Below, one piece after another: positions 39,281-52,224 of a stretch of 64,000 nucleotides of DNA (position 1 is the first letter of the stretch; each line of letters begins with the position of its first letter). Source of the DNA: Chiloscyllium plagiosum (taxonomy: Eukaryota). The stretch spans positions 66,460,066-66,524,065 of the forward strand of contig NC_057719.1 of assembly GCF_004010195.1 (NCBI RefSeq), given 5' to 3'. The notes under the pieces are model-generated. The model searched no databases. It was not told where the DNA came from and saw only the letters and a program-made list of their open reading frames with translations. The translations under genes and the position numbers were made by a program.

Positions 39281-41924
39281 TGCATCTCCCCTAATACTAA
39301 TGTAGTTAACTAGTCTTAAGCTAACACAACCTGCTTTCCTGTCTATATATAATAATTTATTGTTGAAGTATGTGCCCGTTGTGCGTACATGCTCTTGAGT
39401 TGATGTCTTACAAGTCACTAAGCCGTCACCACTTAATACAACAAAGCCCAGTTGGCAAGTATTACAAGAATGGTTGGTGACAGCAAATCTCTCCCAGGAC
39501 AATCCTGGCAGAACCAGTCCTCTTTTTTATGGTTTGAAACACCAGAAATGTGTATGGTGTTCTCCACAATCTTCTCCACAATGTGTAAAAAATATGTTTC
39601 TGTGACTGTGAGTTTTACATAATCCCATAATGCCAATTTAATTACTGAGTCCCGGTTCTTTAAAATAATTATTTTTTTCCTGACTTTTCTCCTTCTGCCT
39701 TACCCTTTTGCTAGATTTCTTTTAAACTTATTCATTTTTAGCGTAAATAAGTACTTCAGGTTTCAGATCCCTCCAGGTTCCGTAGCCCTGGTCTAAATTT
39801 CTTTCCTGGCTTTATTCGCTGTGTCTTGCAACTATACCTCTTGGAGTCTCTTATTGATGGTGACGTTGCTTGTTGTGAGATTTAAGAATTCTGTTTTCCA
39901 CTCTGTTGCCTTCCCTTTCTGGTCTTTGCACCATTTGTCATAAAGTTATTCCCTTTTCCCTTGGAGATCACAATTGTTACCTGCTGGAGTCCTTTTTGCA
40001 CAGCTTCCTTTCCCAAGGCCTCTGTATTTCCTAAGTGTGGCTGACCTTTCTCTTTTCACACACTTGCCCCAGCACTTTCTAACAGCCTATGAATGATGGT
40101 TTGTCTCTGGAGTACTGAATTTGCCTTTTTGCTTACTCCATGGCTGCAGCTATCTCCCTCTGCTGACAATGGTGTTTCAGCTAATGACTGTGCTTTCCTA
40201 AAGTGACAATGGTCTTAAAATTGTAAATTTGCTTGACTTTTTTTTCTATCTTCTGGTTCTTCTATATTTCTTCTCCTCATGGTGGGAATTAGATCTATAG
40301 CCATGTCGTCTTTTCCCAGATGACCATTGCTGGCACCTTGGTTATTTATCACCTTCACCAGTACTGGGAAACAGTTGGTTTAGATAGTTCACTGCCATTG
40401 ATCTTTTTTTGTTTTTGCTTTGCCTTGGACTTGTCGAGTGATTAGGAGGATACACCACTGTAGAGTATCTGCAGAAAATGCAATGTTCTTAGCTAACGAA
40501 ATGATTTATTGCATGTAACAATAAGTGCAACTAAAGTTGGTCAGGCATAATTATTAGAACCTTAGTGATCTGGAACAGATTTATCTACTCTGCCTGAAAG
40601 CTAGAGTCGAACTCCTTGTCTCTATCCACCAACCATTGTAACATCAGTAGAATGTGTGTATCCCATGTAACAGAACCTTCAGAACCACTATATTATACAG
40701 TAGATGTTCAACCTTATTTTGTGAAAAATTGTTTTAAAGCAATCACCTTGCTGCTGATTATTATTTGACCATATTGATTCTTTTTCTCCACCTAAAGGTA
40801 CCTTATTTTGCTAATGTTGTGGTAATGGAAAACTCTCTGATTTCAGCTTCATGGGTTTCCCTTGTGGATTCATTTGATATCCTAAAGATAGGCATTATTT
40901 TACATCCTGGATGCTGATCAGGATGATCCTGTGTTGGGATCATCAATAGTTGGGTATTTAATTTGCTAAGGCCTGCCACCCCCCCACCTGAACAGGAAAT
41001 GGCAAGAGTCCTGATTTTTTTTGCAGGAGATTTAACTTAATCTGTTGAAGTAGTGTCCAGCTGAATATTTCGATGCATGATAAGATTGAAAATGGCAGAA
41101 ATTTAGGAGGAAAAATCACAAATTACTGAGTGCCTGTTTCTTTTTTAAATGTCAGAATATTTTATCTTAAGAGTACTTTTCTATGCATTGATTGCTTAAC
41201 TCTGAGAGCTATGTAAGAATTTAGGCAGCAGACATAATGTTGTGCAGACCTCTGTGATTGTAAATGTGTTGTTTTGTTCCTCTGTTTAAATGTTAAATTA
41301 TTTTAGTCTAGCTTCAAATAGAAGTTTCTCCTTCTGCACAGTCCTCCATCTAGTGGTTTAGATGAGAACAGGCTCATCTCCACATCAAGACAAAAAACAA
41401 ATTACTCAGGATAACTTACTCTGTTAATTTGTTTGACACTTACTATAGCTAATAATGATACTGATCATTTTATTCTGATCACTTCATTTAGTATCAGCTT
41501 TCAGACAGCTTTCAGCTTCTAAGGAAATCATTGTTTAGTCACTGGTAATAGATGAAATGAACTAATAAATGAGGTAATGAATGATCAAATTAGGTACAAT
41601 GTTATGGGGTATAGCTTTTTTTTCCCCAAGTCATCCAGCTCTAGGCATACAAACAGTGGGAGTCAGTCTTTATTTGTCGAGTATCTGGTATTACACTTGT
41701 AGCCACTTGAATTGAATTAGTTTATTCAATGAAGATGATAAAGCAAATTTTCTGCCCTCACCTTTCCCACTGCCCGTATCCTTTGTTCCTGCAATAAACG
41801 ATAACAAATAACACTAGCTGTGTGTTCCATTTTTTAAAAAGAACTAATGGTATTCCTTAAGTATGCCCAATTCCAGATGCTTTACTTTTGATGAGTTGTG
41901 AAGTTGTTAGGGAGAGAATATAAA

Positions 41925-42355
41925 AAATATACATGAGTGTGGTCCCAGCAATGAAGAACGTCAGCCATGTGGAAAGCTTGCAAACACTGGGACTTTTTCC
42001 TTGTGAAAGAAGCTTCATAGTGTTATTAAAAGTTATGTGGGATCTGTACAGAGTAGATAGAGAAAACTATTTCCATTGGTGGCAGGATTGAGAACAAGAG
42101 GGCACAGATTTAAAGTAATTGGCAAAAGAAAAAGCCTTTCACACACCAAGGTTTAAATGTGGAATGAACTTCCTGAAAGCATGATGGAGGCAGGTTCAAT
42201 TAAGGTATTTAAGGGAGAATTTGATTATTATCTGAAATAGAAGAGTATGCAGGGTAAAGGGGAGAAATTATGGAATGCAATGAGGTAATTTGTTGCTATG
42301 GAGATCTATGCTAAAAACAAAGGGCCAAAAAGCCCCTTCCAGTGTTGTAACAATT
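41925..42355 (+). mobile_element. Old CR1 LINE 3' end
   Basis: agaacaagagggcacagatttaaagtaattggcaaaag...tggaatgaacttcctgaaagc (RTRGHRFKV...WNELPE). Confidence 0.75.
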
Positions 42356-42644
42356 CTGCATTTCTATAATGCTGCTCAAGTTAAATACTATTACTAAACA
42401 TGTTTATTTTTAGTTACTTATTTTGTTTTACAGTCAATCTTCAAAAGTGAGCAACAAAGTAAAATTCAGCTTAATTTAACAGAGATACAAGACTGGTTGT
42501 CAGGAAACATCCCAATATATGTACCCTGTTACAGTACTCTTTTTCCTATATTGCAAACACAATGGAGTCAACTATTCCTTGGTTCATTGTTATAAATTAT
42601 AATTTGGTAGTTGGAACTTGAGTGTTTCAAAAAAATGAACATAT

Positions 42645-42935
42645 TTTGTTGAAATGTTTCACCTTGCACTCATCAGAACAATTCACAGGAAATAACAAAG
42701 TAAAGAAAAACAACTTTTAGTCGGTATGGAGCAGAGAATTGATTGGTTGGCAAGTAAAGTTTGATCAGTAGAGGCAATGCCATGTGTTATACACCAGATA
42801 ATCATGACTGACCGTTAACTGCCAAGCTGTCTGTTTAAATTTTAAAACAGACAGTTTGACTCTGACTGCTCAAGGCATTCCCCTGGAAAATTAACCAAAG
42901 AACGATGATTACCTGTGTTATTAAATTGAAAAAAG
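42645..42935 (-). mobile_element. Old repeat ending in a hammerhead-like motif (family D), minus copy
   Basis: Minus 42651-42676 reads CUGAUGA-GUGCAAGGU-GAAA-CAUUUC. Inverted similarity to 43490-43770. Confidence 0.55.
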
Positions 42936-43489
42936 TGCACTGTGTATTATATGTAGCTTGTGGTATATACAGGTGTGCTATCCTATGAGTTCAATAGATA
43001 ATTCTTTGCTTGTTCAAGATTATTTAGCGAACATTGTTGAATCACAGATTGTTGGACACTGTTGTGAGTTTTTCAAGTGTTCACTGGTTGGATCATTAGT
43101 GCCTTGCACTGTTTGGTATAATCTACTTTGTCATGTATGACTTAGATGCCTAGTTTCACACCAGTACTGTCATTTTTATACCACACTACTAATTTGTGTG
43201 ATAGGCAGAATATCTTTTTTGCTTTATGACAGCATCCTATTAGTGGCAGGTACCACTTGAAATATTTACTGAAATAACGATGCCATGAGATTCATAGTTG
43301 GAAAGGCAAGCATTTTTGCTGTATAATAGTCAAACACTGAATACTATCTTAGATTACCAGCTATAGTCTAAAACCCAGAGTCTTTGAGATAGCTTACTGT
43401 TCCAGGATAATCCAGAGTAACTCTGGGTATATGTGCGCAGGAGTCTGTTTACTGCAAGTGGAAGTGAAATATACATGCCCTTAGCCTGC

Positions 43490-43770
43490 TTCAACTCAAT
43501 AAAATAGGTGAAAATGACAGTGGTTCATTCCTCAGGGCAATATCTTGACCAATCAGGGAAAACTGTCTGCTGTAAATTTATAAAAATAGGTTGACAGTTG
43601 ACTGCCAATCATCATGAACTGGTACATTCTCCATGGCATCATCTCTAACAATCACACTTTACCTGCCAAACAATAATCACTCTCCTCATACAGTACGAAT
43701 GTTGTTTTCTCTCTAGTTACTTCTTGCGTATTTTCCTGGTGAGTGCAAAGGTGAAAATCTTGGATAAAAT
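43490..43770 (+). mobile_element. Old repeat ending in a hammerhead-like motif (family D), plus copy
   Basis: 43736-43762 reads CUGgUGA-GUGCAAAGGU-GAAA-AUCUU. Diverged reverse complement of 42645-42935. Confidence 0.55.
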
Positions 43771-45029
43771 GTGCCTTTTGATTTACTAATACACCAATTC
43801 ATGTATAATTTTATTGTCAATAATGTTGCCTGAGAAAAGTACAAATGATATCTTTTACAATGACATCTGAAAATCTTAAGTCAAAACCAGGATGCCCAAA
43901 CTATGTAGATTTATGTATGAGATATTTAACAAGAGAATGCCCATCCTTCATAATGGTCTCCACCAGCATCTGATAATATGGCAGTAGAATCTACTATACA
44001 TCAGGCAGATTTTAATAAGATCCCACATCAAGAAATGGATTGAGGTACCCCCAAAGTAAATCAGGATTGAAATGTTCTAATAAAAAGAACAAGGAGTTTT
44101 TAAGAACAGGTTTGCTATCTGCCAATAGTTCTTTATTCAATTTTCTGCTACATGTCAAAACAGAATTTGATTTGATGGTTGACTTGTAGAAAACAATTTC
44201 TCTGATCTTTGATTTCCACTTTCACAACGAGGATAAACTATCAAACAAAATACAGTCTGCAGTGTGTCCTGGCATTCATGAATGGCCTCCCATATTTTCC
44301 ATATCCTCAATTAAAAATCTGACTTTGTCTGATCAACCAGAAGCACTCAGCTAACTAACTTTGTTGACCCTTGATTTATACCTCTATCTTAGTAGTGACA
44401 TTTTTTAAACTAATATCAAGTACTGATTTAGTTATATTAAAGGCAAATTTAAATGATCTCAAGGAGGACGTTGCTACCTCTCACCCATATCTATCATTCA
44501 GTCAGAAGGTCCAACATTTAATTGGCTTTAGACCAAGTGTATAATACCTTGTGCTGCCGAAAATCCAACAAGCACAGTTCTGTGCTGCTCAATTATGAAA
44601 TTTTATTAAATCCATATTGAAATCAGTTCTACCAACCTGTTATCTCTTTGCCAGTTTGGCGCAGGAAGTTGGGGTTGGCTTATGGCCCATGTTTTAGCAT
44701 TGGCCAAATAATGAAAATACTTGGTGCAAAGTCCAAAGAAAACAGTGGAATGAAGAAGTTTATCTTGATGCTTAAAGATGTTGTAATTATCTTGGGGTGC
44801 ATGCCTAAAATAGGCTTCAAGCTGCATGTTTCTTAGACACCATTTGCCTTTGTTTTGAGAACTGCCAGTCACTATAGTTGAAGTATTGATATTAAAGATC
44901 ATAATTGCTGAAAAAATTATTAGAAAACAAACATTGCCTGCCACATGTATTTTCAAACTGTAGAAGGATCAAATATTTATGGCAAATAAAATTGTCCCTA
45001 GAAAAGCCAGTTGTCAATGTAGCATCAGA

Positions 45030-45925
45030 TCTAGAAGCATAAGGAACAAGTGTAGACTGCTTTGACCCTTTGAGCTGGTTCCACCATTCAATAAGATCAT
45101 GGCTGATCTGATAATAATCTCAACTCTACATTTCTGCATATCCCTGATAATCTCACTTAAAAATATTTAAAGATTTTCATGCCATTGTCTTCTGAGGAAG
45201 ACAATTTCAAAGACTCGCAATATTCTGATGTAACTTTATTTTTCTTCATTTCGGTCTTATTTTTAAACCAAGATTCCTAGTTATAGAGTCTTTCACTAAA
45301 GGAATCGTTCTTTCAAATCTATCCTGTCAAGTTCCTTCAAGATCTTATATGTTTCGATTAAGTCACCTCTGACTCTTGTAAATTCCAGAAGATACAGTCC
45401 TAGTCTATCTAGCCTGTCTCATCAGGCAACCCATGCACTAGGACATCATCTCTGCATCTAAGTGTTCTGCAACCTTTCACCAAAAAGATAATATGCATTT
45501 TTTGATTTTTTTTATCCCACGATGGAAAATTTTATTGATATATACTTGTGAGGAACAAAAAGATGGCTATTTAGAAAAAAAATGACACCGCTACCTGAAA
45601 GGTTAAAATAGAATCCCTAGAGATGGAGATGATAAGGTGCCTATCACACATTGGGTGTTGTCTATAGACCACTGAATACTGGAATGGTGGTAGGCAAAAT
45701 TAGCATGCAGGTATTCCAAGTATTTGGAGATGGTTGAAGATATGTTGTCTCCTGCAAGGGGTCTGGAATAGAAGAATAAGGAAGTCTTGTCACAAATGTA
45801 CAAGGCTGTGGTAAGACCACTGTCTGAAGTATTGTGTGCAATTTTGGTTTCCATGTTGGAAAAAGAATATGTCTGCATTAGAGGTGGTATAGCAATGATC
45901 CACTAGATAGGTTCCTTGGATCAGA
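45030..45925. mobile_element. Old CR1 fragments (minus about 45030-45430, plus about 45620-45925)
   Basis: CR1 tail ccaccattcaataagatcatggctgatct on minus; YKAVVRPLSEVLCAILV-like (LVRP.LEYCVQFW) region on plus. Confidence 0.7.
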
Positions 45926-46242
45926 GTTACTTTATCTTGTGTTTAAAACCAGTACTGCTACCTGCATATTGATATCCCAGTCTGTCATACAGTATCTAGA
46001 GACATGCACTGCTCCTGAGGTTGCTTGCTCCATATCACTAAGAAAAGCTTTTCAACAACTTAAGTATAATAGCACTTAATTTATATCTGTAGTAGATTCG
46101 CAAATCCTCTAAAATAGGCATCTTTTTTAACATGGTGTCTTCTGTCTTCCTGATATCAGTGTCATGAAATCAGTTCCATCACTGTGATGATATACACGAA
46201 CTTCATTGTACATCTCCCCTCCTCCTAAAGTTTCTTTCTGTT

Positions 46243-46532
46243 TAGAGTCATAGAGATGTACAGCATGGAAACAGACCATTCGGTCCAACTCGTCCATACC
46301 GACTAGATATCCCAACCCAATCTAGTCCTACTTGCCAGCACCCGGCCCATATCCCTCCAAACCCTTCCTATTCATATACCCATCCAGATGCCTTTTAAAT
46401 GTTGCAATTGTACCAGCCTCCACCACATCCTCTGGCAGCCCATTCCATACACGTACCAACCTCTGCATGAAACAGTTGCCCCTTAGGTCTCTTTTATATC
46501 TTTCCCCTCTCACCCTAAACCTATGCCCTCTC
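46243..46532 (-). mobile_element. Young CR1/HER1-type LINE 3' end
   Basis: RGERYKRDLRGN...WNGLPEDVVEAGTIATFKRHLDGYM plus 3' tail. Confidence 0.95.
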
Positions 46533-46759
46533 GTTCAGTCTACATTATTCCTGTAGTCTTGCTTCTACTTACTTTCATAGTCTTTGTAATTATTAATATC
46601 AGTATGATTTTCAATGTTATCACCATTATGTCCATCGCCCCCTCCCCACCCCAAGCTCAAATTTCATATATTGAGCAGATTTGAAGACAACTGAATGTCT
46701 GGTCTGGTCTGCCTTGAGTTCAATACTAGGGTGCTGATGTTGGACTATGTTTGGAATAG

Positions 46760-46974
46760 GAGAAAGTGAGGCATGCAGATTCTGGAGTTCAGAGTCAGAA
46801 AGTGGTGTGCTGAAAAAGGACAGCAGGTTAGGCAGCATCCTAGAAGCAGGAGAAGCGATATTTTGAGCATGCGCCCATCATCAGTAATGAGGGGCTTATG
46901 CCAGAAACATTGATTCTCCTGCTGCTCGGATGAGGCCTGACCTGAGTGTGGTGCTTTTCCAGCACCACACTCTT
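46760..46974. mobile_element. Family B Penelope-derived foldback, decayed
   Basis: Arms meet near 46884 (catcatcag|taatgaggggcttatgccagaaac). 17-bp TSD with two mismatches at 46743-46759 and 46975-46991. Confidence 0.75.
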
Positions 46975-48296
46975 GACTATGATTGAAATAGTTGTAGCAA
47001 TCTGTACACTACCTAATTCATTATAGGCATGACTGTCCCACATCGTATGACGATAATACTCTGCCTTGGTTCTCAATTTCATGAGTTTTATGGAAGGCTT
47101 TTTCCCATGAGGCCGAGTGAGCTTTCTTGCACAGTTGTCCTAAACACGCTTCATTAATAACCTCCTCTGTCTGTATGGCACCCTTTACATCCCACACTAG
47201 CCCAATTCTACCCTTCTGTGCACCCAGAAAAACCTTGCCATTGCTGGGATATCCCTGATACACCAGTGTCCTTAGTGCCAGCGCTATTTTAAAAACACTA
47301 CTGTGTACTTGGAGAGTATTTGTGGACCAGAGCTGCCCAATTTGACATTTGTCTAGGTTGTAGCAGATAAGGGGAAATTGGCATCCCACTTCGCAGACAG
47401 GCATCTGGAGGTGGTGCACACAGAGATGTATCCTTCCCTTTGGACTGACAGAGGAGGTCATCTCACTAAATCCTGCTGACCTGGTCGAAGGTTATCTCAC
47501 GGGGAGTCTAAGATGTCTGCAGGAATACCCAGCATAGGGAGGTCAATGACGTTCTCCATTTAGTCAAGTTAAGTACCGCCATTTTCTCTCCACTACCTCC
47601 CCCTCACTCAATCTTTGATACTGCACACCCCACCCAAAAAGGCTCATGCTCTACCAAGCTCACTATTTCATGCAGCACTTACCATTCGCTCACACCTATC
47701 AAATCTGCTGACCCTCCTAACACCATATGTATTGCCTTCTCATATGCTTCGGAAACTTCACCCATTCCCCCCACCACCACCAGCTACAGCACTAACAATT
47801 GTACCACATCTTTCATTTCCGTCAATTCCTCCCTTTCTCACATTTCAGAAGAAAGCATCTTGTTCTGTGGCGATGCCCGGATAGTTTCTTTTTTTCTTAA
47901 AGGTCAATGAAAAGACACATTGGAACATTTTTCTAAGCAAGTCATTTCTTGGAATCCACGTGAGGTCAGCTAATTATTGGTTTGTAAGTCACTTGACTGG
48001 CTTTTTATGGCAGTTTTATTTGCAGGCAACTGGAGTTTTTTTGGGGGGGTCTTCTCTTGGGGGAGGCTTGCCAAAGCACACTTGTTGTGAAGCCAGTATG
48101 AAACGTGATTATCTTGTTGAACAGCAACTCGATGGTGTCTTGATATTGTGTTTTCCGAGTAACTATGTCTGCCAATACTACTAGAGACAACCAACTATTG
48201 TGTCTTGTGAGCTGTCTACATATTCCAAAACAAATATTTGAACATTCCATACATTTTCCTTTTTTTCTACCCAAAATAAGAGTCTGCAGAGAAAAA

Positions 48297-48302
<6 letters not shown>

Positions 48303-48327
<25 letters not shown>
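48303..48327. repeat. (TG)n microsatellite
   Basis: Uninterrupted TG run. Confidence 0.95.
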
Positions 48328-48739
48328 TCTATATGCGTAAACTGGGTTATTTAGAGGGGTACACTTTGTGGAATGAGTTTTGATTTATTGCTCTGACTGA
48401 GATGGAAGGAAAATTGTGTCCTTCTCTCATCTTACATCTCCAAAGGGTTCCAACATAAAGGTAATCATTTGACTTGAAAACCCCCTGACAGATGACTCAG
48501 TAGAAGTCTTTAAAATTCTGAAAAGAAATTAATGGAGGGGTAAAGAGAGAACAATTTCATTTGCTGTGGAAGCATACAACCAGAGACTGTCAGTACAAGA
48601 CAGTCACAAGGAGAATATCCAGAAGAAACTTCTTGAATGGTAATGAGAATGTGGAAGTCATTGCCACGGGGATTGGTTGGTGGTGAATGCATTTAAGGGG
48701 AAACTAGGGAAACAACATAAGGGAGATGCAAGTTTAGAA

Positions 48740-49248
48740 TCAGAGAATCAAATCCCTACATGTGCAAGCAGCTCATTTGGCCCATTTAAGTCCACACCAA
48801 CCCTCTGAAGACCATCTCACACAGAATCACCCCTCTACCCTATCCCTGTGACCATGCATTTCCCACGACTAATCCACCTAACCTACACATCCCTGGACAC
48901 AATGGACAATTTACCATGTCCAGTCCACCTAATCTACACGTCCCTGGGCACTATGGGACAATTAGGTGTAAGGGCTTTTGCCCGAAACGTCGATTTCGAA
49001 GCTCCTTGGATGCTACCTGAACTGCTGTGCTCTTCCAGCACCACTAATCCAGAGTATGGGACAATTTCCCATGGCCAATCCTGCACATCCCTGGACATGG
49101 GTGGAAGCCAGAGCATCCTGAGGAAACCCACGCAGACACTGGGAGAATGTACAAGCTCCGCACAGACTATCAGCCGAGGGTGGAATCGAATGTAGGCCCC
49201 TGGTGCTGTGAGGCAGCAGTGCTAACCACTGAGCCACCGTGCTACCCA
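48740..49248 (-). mobile_element. HE1-like V-SINE with internal duplication and nested PLE insertion
   Basis: Minus gggtagcacggtggctcagtggttagcactgctgcctcacagcacc head, plus V-domain-like core. Confidence 0.85.
48964..49054 (+). mobile_element. Family B-like Penelope-derived insertion truncated within the hammerhead
   Basis: AA-GGGC[UUUU]GCCC-GAAA-CGUC without CUGAUG. 12-bp TSD tatgggacaatt at 48952-48963 and 49055-49066. Confidence 0.8.
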
Positions 49249-52224
49249 TACGAGTTACAACGATAGTTTTACATGTGTAAAGATTGGAGGAGAGATCAGT
49301 GGAGCACAGCTTTCAGTATGGACGGGTTGGAGAATATGGCCTGTGTCTACATTATATATCTTATGTGTCATGTCCACACTTGCCTGGCTCAAGGAAAACC
49401 TTCCAACTTTTCTGAGTTACACTGAGCTCATCTCTACCAGAATTCTCCAATGCTAGCTCAGTCATTGGGCGGGCACATAATTTGTTTCAGGATGTAAAGA
49501 CCAACATGGTGCATGCTGTGCTCTCCCACCCCCGCACCCACCCCACCCCACTCCACCCCCAATTGCAACTTTGTCTTCATCAGCCCCTTGTGTAAGGCAA
49601 ATGGATCCCCATCTTTGCCATTTTAGTCCTCCCTTTGAAAGTTCAGGCTTCTTCTGTGCCAGTTACTGCCAGAAGGATAGTATCCCTCAATCTCTTTGTG
49701 TGTCTCCTTCAGACACATGCAAAACTCCAAAGGAATTAGTGGCACAGATTTTTCCAGTGCAAGGAGTGTGAACCCTGAGGATTGTCAAATGCTGATCTTT
49801 TGGAATAAATTTCCCATATTTTTGCAAACATGTCTGTTTGATCCTGTTGGTGTCTTGCTTGAGTAACAACAGCACACTGCCATTATTTCCAAGAATTTCA
49901 GTTGTGTGTTTAAAAGTAGTAAAAAGAAACAGAGTGATTCTACATAATACAGTATGGCTCCCAGTGTTGTTACCTGGCCAGGACGGGACAGGTAACAGGA
50001 AATCACGACACATGTGCAAACGATGTCAGTGTATTTTGTGTGCAGTGACATCAACATTGGCGTATGTATTGCAGGTCTGGAAGGTTAGGTGGAAGCTCTG
50101 CGCTCACCTACAACAGGTCAAAGGATGGCAGTGGGAAGTGGGCAATGGTAGGACTAGGGACTGCCTGCCCTCCCCAGGCAATGACACCTCACCACCTACC
50201 CTGGGATGGGGGAGGGTGCCATCTAAAGCTGGGAGGCCATTCTCAGGGATGAGGAATATCGCTGTGAATGTTACCACTCCCCCACCTCCAGCATTTCCCT
50301 CTGACCCCTGGCACTCACCCTCATTGCAAGTAGTCGCATTATTTGCTTTCATCTCACCAATCCTTTCTTCTGCTTGTTAATTCTGTTCCTGAATCCTCTC
50401 AATTTTTGTTTGCATAAGATCTTCCAGTGCATTCACTGTTACAATACATCTCTTCAGATATTCTCAAGAGCAATCTCTGTTTCATCAATTAAGATTTTCT
50501 AAAGCAAAGAAATGAAAAAAATATAATCTATATTTTTATAGTTTGCATTTGAGATAAAGTTAAATAAATTGAATTATTAATGCATTTGACAACCTACCTG
50601 ACTTGAATAGTTATGTAGATTGTGTGCAATCTACATATTGGTAATTAGCAATTACAAGGTAACGCATTTAACACAGATATAACTCAATTAAACCTGCACT
50701 GCATTTTAGTAGTTACGTTGCTAAGACTGGTTAATATTTATGACATACTTAAGCTATGAGAAAGTAAAAGACAGTTCAGTGATAAAGCATGCAAATAAAT
50801 TGTTACCAAAGTAAGATTAATATGGCTGTAGGTGCCAGTTGTAAATCACCTGATTATTTATGTTAAAATTGTTTTCAGATTTGAAGTAAAATAACTACAT
50901 TTTGGAGCTAATGGTGTCCAGATGTAAAATATTTCACCTAATGCAAGAACATTACCATTAAACTGCATCTCTGCTTGATATTGCACAGATGCCATTCATA
51001 ATACTACATGCCATTTAGCAAATGTAAATTTCCATATTAGTGGTTATAAATGTTTGCTTTAACTTAAATTAGAATGAAATGGCATGAATATGTTTGACGT
51101 AAGTTTTCTTATTTTGAAATTGGAAAACCTCTTACTATTGTGTAACATAGAGGAAGTCTGACTTTTCCAATACATGTAGGCCAATTTTGACACGTCAGTA
51201 TCAGTAAGTACTTTGAGGTTTAATAATCAGAATAAGTGAAAGGGTTTAATATCATCAAATGTCAAATTCCATTCATTCTTCTGCATGTACTTATATGTCA
51301 AATATGTCAAATGCTCAAGGACCACAAGAAAATTCCCTTTCTATCTATATTTATACCCCAAACTTAGCTAATATGGAGATCTTGAGAGTGGAAGAATGTG
51401 AAAAAAACTCGATCCCTTCTTTCCAACAATGAAGTGTTTGAATTTTCTGATAAATGCCTTTCTTAAAAATATTGAAGTCTTTTTGTTAAACTAACCAGTT
51501 CTTGAAAAATATATTTCTGATACTTCTGTCATGAATGTGCTTTTTTTGTCAGAATAACTGGAAAATAATCAACATCGTCAGCATCAAAACATTAATTGTT
51601 ACCAGTTGTTTATGATACATATGAGACAATTTTGATTTCTTCAACATTATGTAAGGTAATAATGAGGCACCATGTTGAATAGTATTAGTCATGCAATAAC
51701 AACAATTTTGGATACCAGATAGAAGTCAGCTAGTGGATCTGCCTCTTAATTTCAACTCTTTCCAAAACAAAAGATCTTCTGTAATTTACAGAACTCATGC
51801 TTTTCATAATTTGCTTTTCTGTAAAGTTTTTCTCACTGTTCTTTCACCTTGACTTTGTTATTATTACTAATTAAACCCCTTTAGTTAAAACTCTGCAACA
51901 CCTCCCTTGCAAACAACATTGAAACATATTTCCTATTTGCCTATTAATCCTTTTAACTCACAATTTAATACTGTTTCAAGTTGCTATGACCTGAGAATCT
52001 CTCTTGGATAATGTTTATTAACTGATACATTATACAAAAATGTTAATTTATTTGATTTCAGAAACAAGGTTTGTCAATGTATTGAGAGTGCATTCATATA
52101 AGAGAGATGAATTATAGGGATTGATTGGTCCATAAGTTCCTTCTACGGTAAATTTTGGCTGTTGCTATGACTATAGGACTGTGTGCTGGCTGTAAGAGTT
52201 CAGAACTACCAGAGGTGCCAAACG

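Noticed and set aside
47100..47560. Possible second Harbinger transposase N-terminal relic (minus; GISQ-like motif)
   Set aside because: Too degenerate to support without an alignment.
49838..50380. 180-aa ORF
   Set aside because: Non-ATG start, no recognisable motifs and no convincing splice context.
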